A DNA stretch of 64,000 nt from Candidatus Oxydemutatoraceae bacterium (GTDB lineage: Bacteria > Pseudomonadota > Gammaproteobacteria > Poriferisulfidales > Oxydemutatoraceae). The stretch is from the NCBI GenBank assembly GCA_965220085.1, contig CBDCOZ010000003.1, positions 1,376,001 through 1,440,000 of the forward strand, written 5' to 3'. The notes below the pieces were generated by a model, which saw only the letters and a program-made list of their open reading frames with translations, had not been told where the DNA came from and did not search any database. Below, piece after piece: positions 45,101-51,100 of this stretch. Numbering within the stretch: the stretch's first letter is position 1; the number at the start of each line of letters is the position of its first letter. The translations under genes and the position numbers were made by a program.

Positions 45101-48100
45101 TATGACCGTTGCCCTTGAGTGTGCCGGCAAACTTGTCGCTGCTGTCTCCGATCGGCGTCCAGCCTTCGCCGCTCGTCCAAGCGCTCTTATTGGCGGCGGC
45201 ATCTCTGTAACTGGCGTCGGCGGCGAAATCCAAATCATTCATCAACTCGTAGCCGACGCAGGCGGAAGGACAACCCAGATTGCTCACGGAGAAAGGCGAG
45301 AATGCCGCCTGATATGCCGTTGCGTCGCTCTGGCTGTCTGTCTTGCCGTCGGCGTTCAAGTCATAACGCACGGCATCGAGTTGTTCCAAAGTCGTAATCT
45401 CAAGCAAACCGTCGTCGTCGCTGTCATAGTCTGTCGGCGCCGCTGTGATGATAGCGCGGCTCGCCTCGCCGCCATGGATGACCGCCGCGATGTGATAGAC
45501 AAGCGAAGCGGTCAGGTCGCTTACCGTTTCGGTCACGGACAATGTCGCCGCATCCAGGGCGCGGACTCGCGCGCCGTCGCGATACGCGCGATACGCAATC
45601 GGCGGCGCGTTTGTCCACGCCGAAGGCGCGCTCGGCGCCTCCCAACTCACGGTTATCTGCTCGCCGCTGGCTGTTATTGACAAATTGCCCGGGGCTTCGC
45701 GCAACTGATAGCCGAATTCTTCCCAGCTCGCCGTATCATCGCCGTTGAAATCAACTTTCAAGACGGGATATTGCGATGGCGCGCCGAAGTCCCAGTAATC
45801 GCTCGCGTTGCCATCGATGTCATTGAGGTTCCAGCCTTCATAGATGCCGTCGTAGTCGGTCGGGGCTTGCAACTCGGCGCGCGTCTTGCGCTGCGCGCCG
45901 GTGATAGTTTGGTTTTGTCGCAGCGAACCGACCGCGCTGCTCTTGTTGGCGACGCTGCTGTCCCAGTATGCCGCCGTCACCGTGAGCGTACTGTCAAGAC
46001 GTCCGCCGAGGCCGCCGCTATGCGTCGCGGCCGTGGCTATCATCGCGCTCGCATAGGCATACTTCAGTTGCGCCATCCCCATGAAACCGATCAGGCCGCC
46101 GGCGGCGCCGCCGTTGTCCGCGGTGCGCGACGCGCTGACGAAACCGCTCGCATAGACATGCTCTATCGCGCTGTTCTTGTCGGGCGCGACGCCGCCAATC
46201 AAGCCGCCGGATTCGGCGACGCTGTCGACAATGCCGGTGGCATAACTCGCCGATACCGCGCCGCCATTATTGACGCCGAGCAGCGAACCGACCAGCGCGC
46301 TGCCTTCCGCCGATACCGTCGAATAAGACCGCTCTATCGCGCCGCCGAACAATTCGCCGGCCACGCCGCCGATGCGGTCGTTGTTATCGCCGCCCGAAAC
46401 CGCGCCGGTCACGCCGAGGTTTAGGACCCTGCCGCCGCCGATGGCGCCGAACAAGCCCAGCCGATCGTTGCCATCCGCGGCGCGGTTGATATACAGATTG
46501 TAGATCGCATGACCGTTGCCGTTGAATACCGCCGTGAAATTCGCGGCGCCATCTTCTCCGATCGGCGCCCAGCCGGTTTCCGCATCGCTATCGTCAGGGT
46601 TGTCTATCCAATCTTGGGTCGATGTGCTGCCGCCGGCATAACTCGCCGGGTCTTCAAAATCCAAATCGTTTGCCAGTTCATAACCGGCGCAACCGCCCGG
46701 GCAACTTGCGACAGGATCCATATTGACAAAAGCCGATTCGTAATCGCTTGCGTTATCCGTCGCCGGGGTTCCGTCGCCGTCCAAATCCCAGCGCACGGCA
46801 TTGAGTCGCTCCAGCGTTTCAATTTCAATCAGACCGTCGTTATCGAGGTCATAATCCGGGCCTAACACGGTCGTGCTGCGGCCGGCTTCGCCGCCATGGA
46901 TGACCGCCGCGACATAATAAGCGTATTCGCCCGTCGCATACGGCGGCGTATCGGCATAAGCGTACGTCGTCACACTGTTCTCCGTGACGCTGTCCGCGCT
47001 GCCGCTTAATTTCTCCCCGTCGCGATACACGGCATATGTGATGGTCGGCGCGGGCGACCATGCGGAAGGCGCGGAAGGCGCGGTCCAATACAGCGCTCTG
47101 TTATTTATATCGTCGCCAACGCCCGAGGTCAGCGCCGGACCGGCGCGCAATTGATAGCCGAACTCCTCCCAGCTTGCCGTGCCGTCGCCGTTAAAATCAA
47201 CTTTCAGCGCCGGGTATTGCAAAGCGCTGCCGAAATCCCAATGGTCGGCGGTATCGCCTTCGTCCCATTCGGCGTAGATGCCGCTATAAGCAATCGGAGT
47301 TTGCAAAGCCGATGTGCTCTGTCCGGTCAGGCCGACTACGGTTACGCCGCTTTCCGCCGAACCGACCGCGGTCGTTTTGCCCGAGATTGCGGTGTCCCAA
47401 TATGCCGCTGTCGCCGAGTAACTGCTATTGTCAAGACGACCGCCCAGACCGCCGCTGTTCGTCGCGCCCGCGGCAATCAATGCGGTCGCGTAAGCATGCT
47501 TCAGTCGCACCATGCCCATATGGCCAAGCAGGCCGCCGGCGTTGCCGCCGTTGCCCGCGGTGCGCGATGCGCTAACAAAGCCGGTCGCATAGACATGCTC
47601 CGCATCGCTGGCAACATTCTGAGCAACGCCGCCAATCAAGCCGCCTGCCTCGGCAACGCTGCCGACATTGCCAGTCGCATAACTCAGTCGCACCGTGCCG
47701 GCGTTGTTAAAACCGAGCAACGAACCGACCCCTGCGCCGCCATCTGCCGACACTGTTGAATAAGATTTCTCTATCGCGCCGCCGGCCAACTCGCCCGCCA
47801 AGCCGCCGACCATATCATTGTCGTCGCCGGCTGAAATCGAACCGCTGATGCCGACATTTGACACTGTGCCGCGGCTGCCGACAACGCCGAACAAGCCCTG
47901 CCGGTCATTGCCATCCGCCGCGCGATCGATATGCAGGTTCGCAATCATGTGGCCGTTGCCGGCGAAGGTCGCCGCGAAGGGATTGGCGGAGTCGCCTATC
48001 GGCGGCCACCCTTGACGACCCTCGCCCTTGCTCCAGCCTTCGTCCACATTGCCCGCATAGCTGTTTCTCCTGTCAAAATCCAGACCCCGCGTCAACTCGT

Positions 48101-51100
48101 AGCCGACGCAATCGCTCTGACAACCCATGCCGGCGACGGCATTGGGAAATGCCAATGTATACATATCTGTCGCCGCGCTCGCGGCGATGCCATTGCCATC
48201 CAAGTCCCAGCGTATCGCATTGAGCTGTTCCAGAGTGTTTGTCTCGATCAGGTTATCGTTATCGATGTCATAATCCGCCGCCACGCTGACAAAACTGTTA
48301 TGTGACTCATGCCCATCGACAGCAGCCACAACATGGTATTCGTACACTCTGTAATCCGTCGCATTGCCATCGGTATGGCTTGTGCCGCTGACATCGCCGC
48401 TCAACAGGTTTCCGTCGCGATATATGCCGTAAGCAATAGTCGGCGGCGGCGACCACTCGGAAGGCATCGTCGGCGCGCTCCAACTCAGGACCACGCCCCC
48501 GACAGAGCGCGCTGCCGTTACTGTCGGACCTGCGCGCAGTTGATAGCCAAATTCCTGCCATGTGACCCTATCGTTACCGTCAAAATCAATCTTCAGCGCG
48601 GGATATTGCGAGGCGGCGCCAAAATCCCAGTAGTCGGTCGCGTTGCCGGCGGCATCGGCGGCGTTCCAGCCGGCGTAGATGCCGACATACCCCCCGGGTG
48701 TTTGTAGTTCGGCGGTTGTCTTGGCAGTGACATTGCCTTCGAAGGCATCGTTGCCAAAAGGCGCGGACACAGCGGCCGCCTCTCTGTCCCAATACACGGC
48801 GTCAAACACGCCGGTGTGATGGTTGCTATTGATGCCGCCGATGCCGCCGCGCGCGGCGCCGCTGCCGATCAACGCGGTTGCGTAACCGTATTTGAGCGTC
48901 GCATCGCCGAACCAGCCGAAGAGACCGCCCGGCCGCCTCTTATTGCCGGCAGGCACGGCGATATGACCGGTCGCATAGACATGCTCCGCGGTGGCGCCCC
49001 TTTGAATGGCGCCGCTGATGCCGCCCGCCTCGCTTTGGCCCCGCGCGCTGCCGGTCGCATAACTCCGGCGCACCGCGCCTCCCTCGCTGATAAAGCCAAC
49101 CAACAAAGCGGTGCGCAAAGCCCCCGTTACATCCGCCGCCACATACGCATCTTCTATGACGGTCGCGCCGCTCATCCTGCCGATCAGAGCGCCGGTATCG
49201 TTGTTACTTGTGGTAACGGACCCGGTCAAGCCCAGTCGGGAAATCGTCGCGTTGCCGGTCTCTCCGAACAGTCCTTGCCGATTCTCGTTGCGATTGATAT
49301 GCAGGTTGGCGATCGTATGACCGTTGCCGTCGAAGGTCGCCGCGAAGAAATTGGCAGAGTCGCCTATCGGTGTCCAGCCCTCGTCCCTTGTCCAGTCGGT
49401 TTTGACACTGCCCGATGCATAGCTGCCGCTATCGTCAAAATCCAGGTCATTGCTCAACTCGTAACCGATACAATGCGGGTCTCCTTGTTGGGCGGGAGCC
49501 GGGCAACCCATATTGTCGGCGGCAGACGGGAAAGCAGTCAGCCAGTTTGCCATATTACTGTTGTTGTCGGCCTCGCCGCTGCCATCCAAATCCCAACGTA
49601 TCGCGTTGAGTTGTTCCAGCGCGCTGATCTCAATCAGGCGATCATCGTCGCTATCGTAATCTTGCGCTTCTTGAGACGAAAAGAAACTGCGGCTTGCCTC
49701 GCCGCCGTTGATGGCAGCCGCAACATGGAAGACATGCGTGCCGACCCCGTCGCTATCTATGCTGGTATGCGTCTCGGCGGTCAAGCCCGCCGCCAAATCC
49801 GACTCCGCCGCGCCATCGCGATATACGACATATATGATATCCGGCGCCGGCGACCAATGCGATACGGTCGGTCTGTCCCACGTCAATACCCGCGCGGCAC
49901 TGCCGCGCACTGCCAAATTCGGCGGGCCTTCGCGCAACTGATAGCCGAACTCTTGCCAAGTAACCGTATTGTCGTTGTCGAAGTCTGTCTTCAGAGCCGG
50001 GTATTGCGAAGCGGAGCCGAAATCCCAATGGTCGGTAATGTTATTGTCGTCCCAATCGGCATAGATGCCGCCATAGCCGGTCGGAGATTGCAACTCGGCG
50101 GTCGTCTTGGGTTCAATGCCGCTTATGGACTCGGCAAATGTCTTTAAGCCGACCGCGTTTGCTTTGCCCGAGGTCTTGGTATCCCAATACGCCGCCGTCG
50201 CCGAGTAATCATTGCTATCAAGACGGCCGCCAAAACCGCCGCTGTTCGTCGCCGAGCTGGCAAGCAATGCGGTCGCGTAGGCGTACTTCAGTTGCGCCAT
50301 GCCCATATTGCCAACCAGACCGCCGCTGACGCCGCCATCCCTCGTTGCCGCAGGGCGCGATGCGGTGACCAAGCCGGTCGCATACACATGCTCCGCATTG
50401 CTGCCGACATCATGAGCGGCGCCGCCAAGCAGACCGCCCGCCTCGGCGACGCTATCGACACTGCCGCTCGCATAACTCAGTCGCACCGTGCCGGCGTTGT
50501 TAAAACCGACCAGCGAACCGACCAGCGCGCCGCCTGTCGTCGCGACCGTCGAATACGATTTTTCTATCGTGCCGCCGCGCAACTCGCCGACCAAGCCGCC
50601 GATACGATCGTTATCATCGCCGCCGCTGACCGAACCGTTTGTGACGCCGATGTTTGTCACCGTGCCGGTGCTGCCGACAACGCCGAACAAGCCCTGCCGG
50701 TCATTGTCATCCGCCGCGCGATCGATATGCAGGTTCTCGATCGTATTGCCATTGCCGTCGAATGTGCCGGTGTAGTTCGTCGCGTCATTGCCAATCGGCG
50801 TCCAGCCCTCGCCGCTTGTCCAGGCGGCATTGACAACGCCGTTGCGATAGCTGGCGGCCGAATTAAAAAGCAGTTTGTTTTTTAATTCGTAGCCGATGCA
50901 AACGCCGTTCACACAGCCCATGTTGTCGGCGGCATCGGGAAACGCCGCGGCGTAGTTTGCCTGATCGCCGGCGGCGACCGAACCGTCGCTGTCAAGGTCG
51001 TAGCGCACCGCATCGAGTTGCTCCAGCGTTTCAATCTCGATCAAGCCATTGTCGTCGCTGTCGTAATCGCGCGGGCCCGACAGATACGAATGGCGACTCG